A stretch of 64,000 nucleotides of DNA from Phycisphaerae bacterium (GCA_963675745.2 CAXXWX010000007.1:64001-128000); one strand, 5' to 3'; shown: positions 47,814 through 58,515, counted from the stretch's first letter. The notes: generated by a model not told the origin, from the letters alone. Numbers and translations are program-made.

Positions 47814-49643
47814 ATGATGCGCGCTGTGCTAACATGTCTGTTGCTGGGTTCAATCGTGGCGTTGGCCCCGGCGACCGAAGTCTTGGAAACCGATGGCGTC
47901 ATCGATGCCGTAACCGTCTATCGCGGTCAGGCATTGGTCACGCGCGTTGTCGACGTGCCCGGCCCGACCGGGTTGCGCGAACTGCTGATCGGTGCATTGC
48001 CCGAGCAGGTGTTGCCTCACAGCATTCACGCCGAGGCTTCTGACGGGCTAGAGGTCCGTTCGGTGCGCTACCGCGTGCGTCCGGTGCGTGAGGACGTGCG
48101 TGCCGAGGTCCGCGAGCTCGATGGTCAGATCCGTGGACTTGAAGACCAGGTCGAGGCGCTGGACCGCGCCGCGGAGGTGTTTGCGGGACGCAAGGAATAC
48201 CTCGCGAAGCTCGAGAACTTCACCGCGGTAACCGCCGACACGGAATTGACGCGCGGCGTCCTGAACGCCGAGACGGTGCGCGAGCTGAGCGGCTTCATCT
48301 TCAAGACGCGCGACGAACTCGTTGAGAGCGAACTGGCACAGGCGCGCGAAAAACGCGCCGTCGTGGCGCAGCTTGACCTGCTGCGGCGCAAACGCGGCGA
48401 GCTCACCAGCGGGTCCAATCGTGTGAGGCGCGAAGCGGTGGTGTTTGTAAACCTGACGCGGGAGAGCGGCGCGCGGCTTCGCCTGCGCTACCTGGTGAAC
48501 AACGCCAACTGGACGCCATCGTACAACGTGCGCACGGACGAGGCGCGGTCCGGCGTGGTCGTGGAGTACAACGCTTCGATTCAGCAGATGACCGGCGAGG
48601 ACTGGCCGAACGTGCAGACCACGCTCTCCACCGCCACGCCGTCATTGGTGGCCAAGGCGCCGACACTGGACGCGCTCCGCGTCGCGCTACGCCGGCCGGG
48701 TCAGGGCGACGAGCAGCAGCAGATGCGTAAGGGGGGCAAGGCCTATCAGGACGCCAAGTTGCAGTTGTCCGACACGCGGCGTAGGGCGGAGAACCAGCGC
48801 GCGCAGTTCGGCAACGAGTTCTTTGATGTGCAGCAGACGGAGATGGGCCCCCAGCAGCAAGCCATGCCCGGTAATGTCGACGAGTTCGATCGCGTGCTGA
48901 ACAGCATGGCCGTCGAGTTGCAGGTGCTCGATTTCAACGCCGGCAAGCTGATGCTGGCGGGAGGTTCACGGCAGGAAGCGGGCGCGGAGGGCATCAGCGT
49001 GACGTATGAGCTGGCCGCACGGACAACGCTGCCGAGTCGGTCGGATCGCCAACTTGTGCGCATTGCGGCCATCCCGTTGGATGCCGAGTTTTACCGGTTG
49101 GCCACTCCGGTGCTGACCAGCTACGTCTACGAAGACGCGCGCGTGGTCAACAAGAGCTCGCGCGTGTTGCTGGCGGGGCCGGTGTCGACATATGTCGGTG
49201 GTGAGTTCGTCGGGCACGGTGACCTGCCGACCGTGGCGATGGGTGAGAGTTTCACCGTCGGGCTCGGTATCGACGCGTCGCTGCGCGTTCACCGCGAACT
49301 CGTGAACAAGACCGAGAAGATCCAGGGTGGCAACCGCATAGTGGACTTCAAGTACGCGTTGGCGGTGGAGAATTTCGCCTCCGAGCCGACGGCTGTGCGT
49401 GTGCTCGAGCGCATGCCGACGCACCGTGGCGACGCGCTGAAGATCACGCTCTCCTCGACCAAGCCTGCGCTGTGCGACGCGGCGGATTATCAGGAGACTG
49501 ATCGCAAGCGTGGCATTTTGCGTTGGGATGTCGTGGTACCGCCGGCGTCGATCGGCATGGATTCACACAAAGTCGAATATGAACTGCGGCTTGAGTACGA
49601 CAAGGAAATGGCCATTGTCGGGGTGCCCGCGGAGGAAGATTGA
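47814..49643 (+). CDS. DUF4140/DUF4139 (MuiA-like) secreted protein with coiled coil
   Basis: I.AVTVY...A.VTR, Y.V.NA.W.P.Y, Q.TGEDW..V...LSTA.P, LL.GP...Y..G.FVG, LGID; AGGAGG RBS. Confidence 0.88.
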   Translation: MMRAVLTCLLLGSIVALAPATEVLETDGVIDAVTVYRGQALVTRVVDVPGPTGLRELLIGALPEQVLPHSIHAEASDGLEVRSVRYRVRPVREDVRAEVRELDGQIRGLEDQVEALDRAAEVFAGRKEYLAKLENFTAVTADTELTRGVLNAETVRELSGFIFKTRDELVESELAQAREKRAVVAQLDLLRRKRGELTSGSNRVRREAVVFVNLTRESGARLRLRYLVNNANWTPSYNVRTDEARSGVVVEYNASIQQMTGEDWPNVQTTLSTATPSLVAKAPTLDALRVALRRPGQGDEQQQMRKGGKAYQDAKLQLSDTRRRAENQRAQFGNEFFDVQQTEMGPQQQAMPGNVDEFDRVLNSMAVELQVLDFNAGKLMLAGGSRQEAGAEGISVTYELAARTTLPSRSDRQLVRIAAIPLDAEFYRLATPVLTSYVYEDARVVNKSSRVLLAGPVSTYVGGEFVGHGDLPTVAMGESFTVGLGIDASLRVHRELVNKTEKIQGGNRIVDFKYALAVENFASEPTAVRVLERMPTHRGDALKITLSSTKPALCDAADYQETDRKRGILRWDVVVPPASIGMDSHKVEYELRLEYDKEMAIVGVPAEED

Positions 49644-49696
49644 GCACTCCGCGAGGCGGAATCTGAGCGGATTGGAGTCCGATAACACCTGCAGAT

Positions 49697-49740
49697 GCCC
49701 GGGCGCGCTTGCCCTCCGCAAGCGCGCCCGGGCGGTTTTT
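49697..49740 (+). terminator. Rho-independent terminator
   Basis: Perfect 16-bp stem GCCCGGGCGCGCTTGC / GCAAGCGCGCCCGGGC followed by GGTTTTT. Confidence 0.8.
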
Positions 49741-49767
49741 CTGCTACATCGTCAGCGAAACGTCGCC

Positions 49768-49848
49768 GATGGTTGAAACGTCAATCAGTACCGCTTGACA
49801 TGCGCCGATGATAGTACCACAATCCAGATGGTTGATTAATCAATCAGT
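49768..49848 (+). promoter_or_regulatory. feoAB promoter TTGACA-N17-CACAAT flanked by two GATGGTTGA-N4-TCAATCAGT operator-like boxes
   Basis: Boxes at 49768..49789 and 49827..49848; -35 at 49795..49800, -10 at 49818..49823. Confidence 0.75.
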
Positions 49849-49890
49849 TGCGTGCCAGTACTACCCGCGGCGTGGTTTGGAGCACTCCTG

Positions 49891-50112
49891 ATGTCGTTGT
49901 CCAAAGTCTGTAACGGCGGCTGTGTGCGTGTGACTGGTGTTCGGCGCGGAGCGATGAGCTGCCGCCTCATGGAGTTGGGGCTGGTGACCGGCGCTGAAGT
50001 GCGGGTTCTGAGGCGGGCGCCGCTCGGCGATCCTCTGCACGTGCGCGTGGGTGATTACGAACTCTCTCTGCGCGCTGACGAAGCCGACCTGGTCGATGTC
50101 TGTGAAGCCTAG
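49891..50112 (+). CDS. feoA: Ferrous iron transport protein A
   Basis: RLMELGL..G..V.V.R.APLGDP..V.V..Y.LSLR..EA. Confidence 0.93.
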   Translation: MSLSKVCNGGCVRVTGVRRGAMSCRLMELGLVTGAEVRVLRRAPLGDPLHVRVGDYELSLRADEADLVDVCEA

Positions 50113-50180
50113 CGCACTATTCGCCACAACCGCGGGGCAACCAAAAACAACCCGGATCACGGGGATAGGCTGGCATCTGG

Positions 50181-52391
50181 ATGTGGAATCACCGGATGGG
50201 CCGCCCAACTGAAACCAGCCGCGGCGATAATGCCGTCAGGCACACACCAATCGTTCAGCCGCGCCCGGTCCGCGTCGCCCTGATCGGCAACCCCAATACG
50301 GGCAAGACTACTCTATTCAACCAGTTGACCGGCTATCATCGCCACGTCGCCAACTATCCGGGTGTAACGGTGGAGATTGGGCACGGTGCCATCCGTGGCG
50401 CCGCGCGCCCGATGGAACTCATCGATCTGCCTGGGACCTATAGTCTCGCCGCGGCATCACCCGACGAGGAAATCGTCACCCGCGCGCTGTGCGGACGAGG
50501 CGGCGGCGACATCACGCCCGACGTCGTTCTGGCGATCGTCGACGCTTCGAACCCCTCGCGCAACCTTTATCTCCTGAGCCAGGTGCTGGAGCTGCGCATC
50601 CCCCTGGTTGTCGCGCTGAATATGGTCGATGCCGCCGAGGCGCGCGGTATCAGAGTTGACGCTGACGCACTGGCGGGCCGGCTGGGCGTGCGTGTGGTGC
50701 CGGTCGTGGCCACCCGCAGTTCGGCGGCAGCGCCGATCGTCGCCGCCCTCGAGCTGGCGTTGGATGAGCCGCTTTCAGATCAGCGTCCGGAGTTGCCGGA
50801 GGCGTTGGTGCGCGAGGCCGAGCAACTCAGGGCAACCGCATGTCCCGCCATGTCCTACTCCGACGCGGTGCGGGCCTTGCTCTATGAAGATGGCGTGGCC
50901 GAGGCGGCCTACGTGCGGGCGGGGGCCTGCGCCGCGCTGCTTGCCGAGGCGCGCCAGCGGCTCAAAACCGCCGGGATCGATGGGCCGCTGTCCGAAGTGC
51001 AGGCGCGCTACGCGTGGGTGAACAAGACACTCGATGGTATCGTGACGCGGCCGTTGCGTCCGGTCGTCACCTGGTCGGACCGCGTCGACCGCATTCTCAC
51101 GCATCGCCTGGGCGGTGCCCTTGTTCTGCTGGCGGTGCTCTACGGATTGTTCTGGGCGCTGTTCACCGGAGCCCAACCTCTAATGGCCGGTGTCGAGACC
51201 CTGATCGGCTGGTTGGCGGCGCTGATCGAGCGCGCTTTACCCGAAGGCGTGCTGCAAAGCCTGATTGTCGACGGCGTCATCAGCGGTGTCGGCGGCGTGC
51301 TCATCTTTCTTCCACAGATACTGATCCTCTTCGCATTCATCGCGATTCTCGAGGACTGCGGCTACCTCGCGCGCGCCGCATACATGGTGGACAGGCTGAT
51401 GCGCGGCGTGGGGCTGAGTGGCAGGGCGTTCATACCGCTGCTTTCATCTTTTGCCTGCGCTGTACCGGCCATCATGGGGACGCGGGCAATCGCCGATCGG
51501 CGCGAGCGATTCCTGACGATCATGCTCGCGCCGTTCATGAGTTGCTCGGCGCGGTTGCCGGTCTACGTGATTCTGATATCGGCGTTCGTGCCCGCGACGA
51601 CATACGTGGGCGGCTGGGTGCGGGTGCAACCACTGGTGATGCTGGCGATGTATCTCGTGGGCATCGTGGTCGCGATTCCCGTGGCGTGGCTGCTGAAGCG
51701 CACGCTGCTCGCCGGTCCCGCGGCCGGTTTCGTCATGGAACTGCCGAGCTACAAGATGCCGCGTCCGCGTGCCGTGTGGCATCGCACGTTCTTCGCCGGC
51801 CGAGACTTTGTTGTGCGAGCCGGCAGCGTAATCCTGGTCGTCAACATCGTCATGTGGGCGCTGGCGTATTTCCCTCGAAGTCAGGCAACACTGGCGGCGG
51901 TGCAGCGTGAGGCGGCCGCCGCCGGTTGGGACGACCACCGATTCGCGAACGAGCTCAACGGCGCATACCTGCGTGACAGTTACCTTGGCCACATGGGGCA
52001 TGCGATTGAGCCGGTCATCGCGCCGCTCGGCTGGGATTGGCGCATCGGCGTGGCGGTCATGGCCTCGTTTCCGGCGCGCGAAGTGATCATCGCCACCTTG
52101 GGCACGCTGTTCAACCTGGGAACAGAGCAAGACGAGACGTCGGGCTCACTGCGCGACGCGATGCGCGCGGCCACGGTCGACGACGGTGAGCGGCCGCTAT
52201 TCACACTGCCGATTGCACTGTCGATCATGGTTTTCTTTGCGCTCTGCGCGCAATGCGGCGCGACACTGGCGACGATTCGCAAGGAAACCGGATCGTGGAT
52301 GTACCCCGTGCTCTCGTTTGTGGGGATGACGACCATCGCCTACTTCGCCGCCTGGGGCACCGCCGCCCTGGGCACGGCGCTGGGGCTCTAG
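50181..52391 (+). CDS. feoB: Ferrous iron transport protein B
   Basis: GNPNTGKT, NYPGVTV, DLPGTY, NMVD, LED.GY.AR, PFMSCSARLPVY, MELP.Y; exact start uncertain. Confidence 0.96.
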   Translation: MWNHRMGRPTETSRGDNAVRHTPIVQPRPVRVALIGNPNTGKTTLFNQLTGYHRHVANYPGVTVEIGHGAIRGAARPMELIDLPGTYSLAAASPDEEIVTRALCGRGGGDITPDVVLAIVDASNPSRNLYLLSQVLELRIPLVVALNMVDAAEARGIRVDADALAGRLGVRVVPVVATRSSAAAPIVAALELALDEPLSDQRPELPEALVREAEQLRATACPAMSYSDAVRALLYEDGVAEAAYVRAGACAALLAEARQRLKTAGIDGPLSEVQARYAWVNKTLDGIVTRPLRPVVTWSDRVDRILTHRLGGALVLLAVLYGLFWALFTGAQPLMAGVETLIGWLAALIERALPEGVLQSLIVDGVISGVGGVLIFLPQILILFAFIAILEDCGYLARAAYMVDRLMRGVGLSGRAFIPLLSSFACAVPAIMGTRAIADRRERFLTIMLAPFMSCSARLPVYVILISAFVPATTYVGGWVRVQPLVMLAMYLVGIVVAIPVAWLLKRTLLAGPAAGFVMELPSYKMPRPRAVWHRTFFAGRDFVVRAGSVILVVNIVMWALAYFPRSQATLAAVQREAAAAGWDDHRFANELNGAYLRDSYLGHMGHAIEPVIAPLGWDWRIGVAVMASFPAREVIIATLGTLFNLGTEQDETSGSLRDAMRAATVDDGERPLFTLPIALSIMVFFALCAQCGATLATIRKETGSWMYPVLSFVGMTTIAYFAAWGTAALGTALGL

Positions 52392-52618
52392 CGTTGCAAT
52401 GCCGGTTGCACCCGGCTCGGACCGGCCCGATCAGGCGGCCGGACGCCGGCGCATCCGTGCCGCGCGTGTTGGCCAGACTGCGTGATGTCGGGTACAACTT
52501 GCACGGCGCTCGGGTCGGCGCTGCGCGCCACGCCCCGCGCTCGTGATTGTCGATGCGGGATGGATTGACAGATTGAGCGCCGCGGCGCTCCGGTGGGTCG
52601 CTGGCGAGGTGTACGGCG

Positions 52619-53959
52619 ATGAAAACGAAGAACCAGGATTTCATGCTTGGGCTGGCCGTCATCGCGCTGGTGGCGCTGTTCCTGGCATCGTTCTTCTTCC
52701 TGTACGATTCCAAGATCTTCAAACCACCGACCCAGACCATCACCGTGCGTTTTGCGCTCGACAAGGGGATGGCGCGCCTGAGCGAAGGTGGCGAGGTGTT
52801 GCTGCGTGGCGCGCTGGCGGTCGGCAAAATCACATCAGTCGAGATTCAGCGCGGGGAGTCCGGCGAATCGCTTGGCATACCGTCAATCATAGTCACCGCC
52901 GAGATTCGCGAAGATGTGACGCTGTTCCAGGACTGTCGCATTACCACGAATGAGCCGGTCATCGGCGGCAGCGGATTCCTGGTGATCCTGGACGTTGGAT
53001 CGCCGACGCTGGGTGCCGCGCCGCCCCTGATCGAAGGTGAGCGCCCCCAGAGCTTGTCAGCGGCGATCGGCGACCTGTCGGACTGGCTGTTGGCTTCGGA
53101 CGGATTTCTGTCGAAGCTGGACCAGATGTTCGACGCCGGCGTCGAGGGCTCGGCGATGAACAAGCTGATGGCCAGCCTGGAAGATATCAACGTGATCACG
53201 CGCGAGATCGCCGGTGAACTCGATGCCGACGAGCAGGATGCCCTGATGTTTCGCATCCATCGCGTGATGGACAATGTGGCCGGTGTGACGGCGGCGCTGC
53301 GCATGCAGGTTGACGCGGAAGTGGACACGAGCCTGCTGGGCAAGGTGTTGACGACTCTCGATGAGCTGGATGCCAGCCTGGTGCACGTGCGACAGATGCT
53401 CGAAGAATCACGACCGCAGTTCGCCAGCACTGTGGACAACGTTGAGAGCATCACGCGCGCGCTGGACCAGGACATCATCGGCGGGCTGAAAGCTGAACTT
53501 GACCGCGCAGACCCAACCTCCCTGCTGGCCAAGATCCACGTCAGCATGGACCGCGCCGCCGACTCACTCGAAAACGTCCGCGTGGCCACGGAGACGGGCA
53601 AGCGCATGGTGGTTCTCAATCGGCCCGCGATCGATAGCACGATCCGCAACCTCAAAGAGACCACGGACCAGATGAAGGGGCTGGTGCTGGACATTATGCT
53701 CAACCCCTGGCGGATGATCGCGCCGGACAAGGCCGAGCAACGCCGCATGGAGGTTTTCCAGGCGGCACAGATGTTCGCGCAGGCGGCGGCGCGGTTGGAT
53801 GATGTGGTCGCGCGACTTGACGCGCTGAACAGCGTGTCGGCGGAAGGCGAGCAGAGCGCCGCGGATGCCGCCGATCTGGCCGAACTGCGTAGTGCGCTGC
53901 AATCCGCCTTCGACCAGTTCAAGCGGGCCGAGGAGTATTTGTGGGAGCATGTGAAGTGA
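52619..53959 (+). CDS. MlaD/MCE family protein with long helical region
   Basis: N-terminal TM, F....L..G..V...G..VG.I..V, long helical tail with NPW. Confidence 0.78.
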   Translation: MKTKNQDFMLGLAVIALVALFLASFFFLYDSKIFKPPTQTITVRFALDKGMARLSEGGEVLLRGALAVGKITSVEIQRGESGESLGIPSIIVTAEIREDVTLFQDCRITTNEPVIGGSGFLVILDVGSPTLGAAPPLIEGERPQSLSAAIGDLSDWLLASDGFLSKLDQMFDAGVEGSAMNKLMASLEDINVITREIAGELDADEQDALMFRIHRVMDNVAGVTAALRMQVDAEVDTSLLGKVLTTLDELDASLVHVRQMLEESRPQFASTVDNVESITRALDQDIIGGLKAELDRADPTSLLAKIHVSMDRAADSLENVRVATETGKRMVVLNRPAIDSTIRNLKETTDQMKGLVLDIMLNPWRMIAPDKAEQRRMEVFQAAQMFAQAAARLDDVVARLDALNSVSAEGEQSAADAADLAELRSALQSAFDQFKRAEEYLWEHVK

Positions 53960-53999
53960 GCACGACGCGCCGGCCCACCCACCCTTCAGCGCGGGGCGC

Positions 54000-55112
54000 G
54001 TGACGATGGCGACGGATGAGGCCGTTTACGATCTTGTAATCGTCGGTGGCGCGCCGGCGGGACTGGCCGCCGCTATCCGCGCCAGGCAGTTGAAGCGCGA
54101 AGTGCTCGTGATTGACAGCCGGCCATTGCCCCGCGTCACGCGCGCGGCCGACTGGCTGAGCCCGGGGGCCATCGACCTGTGCGAGGCGTGCGGCTTGACG
54201 GCGAAGTCCGTTGGTGCAACGCCGTTCATCGGACTGACCCTCCATTCGTGGGATTTCCAAAGCAGTGCGTCGGTCGAAGATGATGAACTGTCCGGCTGGA
54301 TTGTCGCGCGCGCCAAACTGGAGCAGGCGTTGCTGGCAGCAGCCACCAGCGCCGGGGTGACCGTGCGTGCGGGAGTCGCGCTGGCGGGGGTCGAAGCGCA
54401 CGAGACGTGCGTACGGATTGAACTGGCCGACAGCGCCCCCGTATGTGGGCGGATCGCGCTGCTGGCCGGCGAAGATTGGGACGAAGTGGCGCGCTGGACG
54501 CCGGTAGCAAGTCGACCTCCGGCGGAGGTGGGTATGCGCTGCTTGCACGCGCGCGGCGCGTTGGCCAAACCCGCGTCCGCGTTCCACGTCATCCTGGGTA
54601 CCGGCAGGGCCTGCCAGGCCGCCACGCTCGTCTGTGCCGAACGCGAGTTGCACGTCACCCTGATAGGACAGGGCGATGCCGGCGAGCTGGAAGGCGAACT
54701 GGAATCGCTGTTGCGGCGAGCCGAGGCGGCCGGGTTGATTCCGACGCTTGCCGGCGCGCACCGCGTAAGCTCGCGTGGGCTAACCGGGGCGGCGCTGGAC
54801 ATGGATGCGCACGTCGGCAAGCGGACACTGCTGATTGGTGGGGCCGGCGGGTTTTCCGCGGCGCTGAGCGCCGAGGACTTGTACCCGGGCATGCGTTCAG
54901 GATGGATTGCCGCCGATGTCGTGCACCGCGCCTTGGATGCGTCTGTCGCACAGGAGGAGTTGACGGCATTTGATGTCGAGTGGCGGGGTGAGTTGGCCGC
55001 GTACCTCCGTATGCCTAACGCGGACCTGTCACTTCTGCTGCCTCTGGTATTCAACAACGAGCAGATGTCGCGGCGCGTGGCGCGCGCGTTCCTGCTCGGG
55101 CAGGATTTTTGA
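54000..55112 (+). CDS. FAD-dependent oxidoreductase (geranylgeranyl reductase-like), motifs degenerate
   Basis: YDLVIVGGAPAG..AA; LLIGGAGGF....AE.L..G..SG..AA. Confidence 0.75.
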   Translation: MTMATDEAVYDLVIVGGAPAGLAAAIRARQLKREVLVIDSRPLPRVTRAADWLSPGAIDLCEACGLTAKSVGATPFIGLTLHSWDFQSSASVEDDELSGWIVARAKLEQALLAAATSAGVTVRAGVALAGVEAHETCVRIELADSAPVCGRIALLAGEDWDEVARWTPVASRPPAEVGMRCLHARGALAKPASAFHVILGTGRACQAATLVCAERELHVTLIGQGDAGELEGELESLLRRAEAAGLIPTLAGAHRVSSRGLTGAALDMDAHVGKRTLLIGGAGGFSAALSAEDLYPGMRSGWIAADVVHRALDASVAQEELTAFDVEWRGELAAYLRMPNADLSLLLPLVFNNEQMSRRVARAFLLGQDF

Positions 55113-55337
55113 GTGGGCTCCGTGGCCTGCCGCGCGGCGCCGATAAATCAGCGACCGGCGTTCGTGGGCGCTGTCGCCGAGTGAAACACCGTGGCTCGTC
55201 ACGGTGTACGCCGGCTTGTGGCCGGTATAATGAGTTGTGCGAGGGGCTTGGTGGCCTTAGTGTGCTCCTGCTGGTCGGGATAGCCACCGACACCTGAACA
55301 GCACGTCGAATAACAAGAAACGAAAGAACCCGGACGC

Positions 55338-55874
55338 ATGCTAACCGACGTTGAAACCGAGAAACTGACTATCGTCCACTACCCACACCCCGCACTGCGC
55401 AAACAATGTGCCCCGGTCGACGTGTTTGACGACCGGCTCAGGCAGCTCGCCGAGCGCATGCTGGAATTGATGCACGCACAAAAGGGCGTGGGTCTGGCCG
55501 CGCCGCAGGTCGGTTTGCCTATTCGCCTGATCGTCACCAACCACACCGGCGAAGCGGGCGACGACCAGATTTTCGTCAATCCGGTGATCCGCGATATGCA
55601 CGGCAACGTCGAGGCCGAGGAGGGCTGTTTGTCGTTGCCGGGCATTAACGTCCAGGTTCGTCGGGCCCAGCGCTGTAAGATCACGGCGCAAGATCTCGAC
55701 GGGAAACCGATCGAGCGAGAAGGTGCCGACCTGTTGTGCCGCGTCTGGCAGCACGAGACCGACCACCTTGGCGGCACTCTGATTGTGGACCGCATGGGGC
55801 CCTCCGACCGTATCGCCACGCGCAAGACACTTCGCGTGTTGGAGAGCACTTTCAAGGCCGGTAATGGCGCGTAG
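55338..55874 (+). CDS. def: Peptide deformylase
   Basis: GVGLAAPQVG, EGCLS, QHETDHL. Confidence 0.97.
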   Translation: MLTDVETEKLTIVHYPHPALRKQCAPVDVFDDRLRQLAERMLELMHAQKGVGLAAPQVGLPIRLIVTNHTGEAGDDQIFVNPVIRDMHGNVEAEEGCLSLPGINVQVRRAQRCKITAQDLDGKPIEREGADLLCRVWQHETDHLGGTLIVDRMGPSDRIATRKTLRVLESTFKAGNGA

Positions 55875-56030
55875 GCGAAGTGTGGCACAGGCCTGCAACC
55901 TGGGCTTGTATCGCAAATGTTTGCGGGTTGTGGGACTCACCGGTTGGAAACCGGTGTCACAGCCTTCTGTCTTTCTTTGCGGCATCAGTGACGCGGCGGG
56001 ATAGTTCGCCATTTTGTGGGATGACCTACG

Positions 56031-56984
56031 ATGAAGCTGGCCTTTCTGGGAACCGGCGCGTTTGCCGTTCCCGCGCTTCAGTCACTCGCGCGCTGTGGTC
56101 ACGAAATAAGTGTTGCGATCAGCCAGCCGGATCGCCCCGCCGGGCGCGGCAAACGCATCATGCCTACGCCGCTGCGCACTGCGGCGGAGGCGCTCGGAAT
56201 CCGACACATTCAGACCGCCGATGTCAACGCGCTCGACTTCGCTGACACGTTTGGGCTTAGCGAGATCGGCGTCGTGGCGGCCTTTGGTCAGAAGATCGGT
56301 GGTGCGATTCTGGAGGGGTTGCCCCGCGGCTGCCTCAACATTCACGGATCGCTTTTGCCGAAATACCGCGGCGCGGCGCCGTTTCAACGCGCCATCATCG
56401 CCGGTGAGCAACACACCGGCGTCACCGTTTTCCAGCTCGACACGCGCTGGGATGCCGGGCCAATCTGGGGTATGCGCGAGACAGCGATTGGCGACACTGA
56501 AACCGCCGACGAGTTGCACGATCGCCTGGCTTTGCTCGGAGCCGAACTCATCGTGGCGACACTGCCCGAGATAGAGAGCCGCGCGCGGCAGCCGACAACG
56601 CAGGACCTCTCAGCGGCGACCAAGGCTCCAAAGCTCTCAAAGGCCGAGGGTTGTGTGAGCTGGACCGAGCCGGCCGAGCGCGTCGTTCGCAGAATAAACG
56701 GACTCTGGTCGTGGCCCGGGGCGGCGTGTCTGTTCGCCGCGCATAGCGGTCGGCGCGAACGAGTTACACTCGCCCGCGCTGAGTGCGCCGAACGCGACAG
56801 CACACCAACCGACGACATGCCACCCGGCGCTGTGCGCAACGACCATGCGGTGCAGACCGGGCGGGGCAGCGTGCGTGTGCTCGAGATCAAGCCGGCCGGC
56901 AGCAAGCTCATGACGTTTGAGGCGTTTTCCAACGGTCGCGGCGTGCGGATACCCGATCGGTTCCTGCCGTTGGAGGAGTCATGA
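56031..56984 (+). CDS. fmt: Methionyl-tRNA formyltransferase
   Basis: FLGT..FA, QPDRPAGRG, NIHGSLLPKYRGAAP, DAGP. Confidence 0.96.
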   Translation: MKLAFLGTGAFAVPALQSLARCGHEISVAISQPDRPAGRGKRIMPTPLRTAAEALGIRHIQTADVNALDFADTFGLSEIGVVAAFGQKIGGAILEGLPRGCLNIHGSLLPKYRGAAPFQRAIIAGEQHTGVTVFQLDTRWDAGPIWGMRETAIGDTETADELHDRLALLGAELIVATLPEIESRARQPTTQDLSAATKAPKLSKAEGCVSWTEPAERVVRRINGLWSWPGAACLFAAHSGRRERVTLARAECAERDSTPTDDMPPGAVRNDHAVQTGRGSVRVLEIKPAGSKLMTFEAFSNGRGVRIPDRFLPLEES

Positions 56985-58396
56985 GCGCCGACTCCTCGAG
57001 CGCTGAGCTGGCAGGCCGCGAAGCCGCCCATGCCGCGATCCTGGGAGTTCTCACGCGCCAGATGTTCGTAAGCGAGACGCTTGGTCGGTTGCGCGATGAA
57101 ATGCGCCTCAGCGGACGTGAGGCCGGCCTCGCGACCGAGATTGCGCTCGGCGCTGTTCGACACATCCACACGCTCGAGACCATTCTCTCGGCGGTGGCGC
57201 GTTATGAACCCACGCGTGTACAGCCGCCCGTCCGTGCGATTCTGCTTGCGGGTGCTTACCAGGCGATCTGGATGGACCGTGTACCGCTCTTCGCCGCGGT
57301 CAACGAGTCGGTCACTCTGGTGCGGAAGCTGATGCGCAGAAAGAGCGTCGTCGGAATGGTCAATGCCATCCTGCGCCGGCTTTCCAACGCGATCGGCGAA
57401 CGCCGCGGAGTCTGGCAACCCGGTCACCGTCGTCAGGCGCGCGTGAGTTGGGACAGCGCGTGCGAATTCTCGCGCGACATATTCCCTGCATCGGACGGCG
57501 ACGATCAGGCGTACACGGCGGCCGCCGGCGGGGAGCGTCCGGAACGATTCGCCATACTCGCCGATCGATTCGGAGCGGATGCCGCCGCGCAGATAACCTG
57601 GGCGTCTCAGGCCGTGCCGGCCGTGGTGCTGCACCGCAACGCCTTGCGCATCGACACCGACGCTTTTCAGCAGCGCATTGACGCGACCTATGGCCCGGAC
57701 GTCACGTGCGAGACGGACCGGGTCTTTCTGCCGCCGGGCGCTAAGTTGCTCGACAGCGAGCTGTTTCGTGACGGGCTCATGTACGTGCAGGACAGCACGG
57801 CGCAGGCGGCCGCCCGGCTGGTTGACGCCCGTCCCGGTGAGCGCGTGCTGGATTTCTGTGCCGCTCCCGGTGGCAAGTCGGTTGCCCTCGCGGTGAAGAT
57901 GGAAGACCGCGGCGAGGTAGTGGCGTGCGACACGGCGCCCCAGCGCCTGATCCAGGTATCCGCCAGTGCGGATCGACTTGGCCTGACGTGCATACACCGT
58001 CACCTGCTCGACGGCGACGATGTATCCGAAAGCCTGAGCGGCGGCTTTGACGCGGCGCTCGTTGACACGCCGTGCTCGAACACCGGCGTGATCGCGCGTC
58101 GCCCCGAGGCGCGTCTGGGTTTTACCGCCAGGAAGGTGGCGTCGCTGAATCAGCTCCAGGCCGGCATCATCCGGCGTGCGGCGCGTCTGGTGCGCCCGGG
58201 CGGCCGATTGGTCTACAGCACCTGCTGCCTTGAGCCGGAGGAGAACCAGCATATTGTCGCGGGGTTCCTGGCGGACAACCCGGAGTGGCGACAAGTGACG
58301 CCCGCGGATACGGCGACAACCTTGCCGGACTGGGGGGCGACGCCGGGGGCCTGGCGCGACGGTGGTTTCGCGGTTCGCCTCGAACGGACCGGCTAG
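56981..58396 (+). CDS. rsmB: NusB-domain plus RsmB/Sun RNA m5C methyltransferase
   Basis: AAVNESV...VNAILR; VQD..AQ, DFCAAPGGKS, D.PCSNTG, VYSTC; def-fmt-rsmB order. Confidence 0.88.
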   Translation: MSADSSSAELAGREAAHAAILGVLTRQMFVSETLGRLRDEMRLSGREAGLATEIALGAVRHIHTLETILSAVARYEPTRVQPPVRAILLAGAYQAIWMDRVPLFAAVNESVTLVRKLMRRKSVVGMVNAILRRLSNAIGERRGVWQPGHRRQARVSWDSACEFSRDIFPASDGDDQAYTAAAGGERPERFAILADRFGADAAAQITWASQAVPAVVLHRNALRIDTDAFQQRIDATYGPDVTCETDRVFLPPGAKLLDSELFRDGLMYVQDSTAQAAARLVDARPGERVLDFCAAPGGKSVALAVKMEDRGEVVACDTAPQRLIQVSASADRLGLTCIHRHLLDGDDVSESLSGGFDAALVDTPCSNTGVIARRPEARLGFTARKVASLNQLQAGIIRRAARLVRPGGRLVYSTCCLEPEENQHIVAGFLADNPEWRQVTPADTATTLPDWGATPGAWRDGGFAVRLERTG

Positions 58397-58417
58397 AGCA
58401 TTTTCGGAAATGGTCCG

Positions 58418-58484
58418 GTGTGCCACTGCTCTTGAGCAGTGCTTTTCCAACGCGAACCTCACGGCTCACAGAGCCGTGGCACAC
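58418..58484. repeat. REP-like pair GTGTGCCACTGCT..AGCAGTG / CACGGCT..AGCCGTGGCACAC (related copy 13721..13745)
   Basis: Inverted hairpin pair between convergent genes. Confidence 0.75.
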
Positions 58485-58515
58485 TGCCAAGTGACAAACC
58501 TTTCCCGAAACCGCT

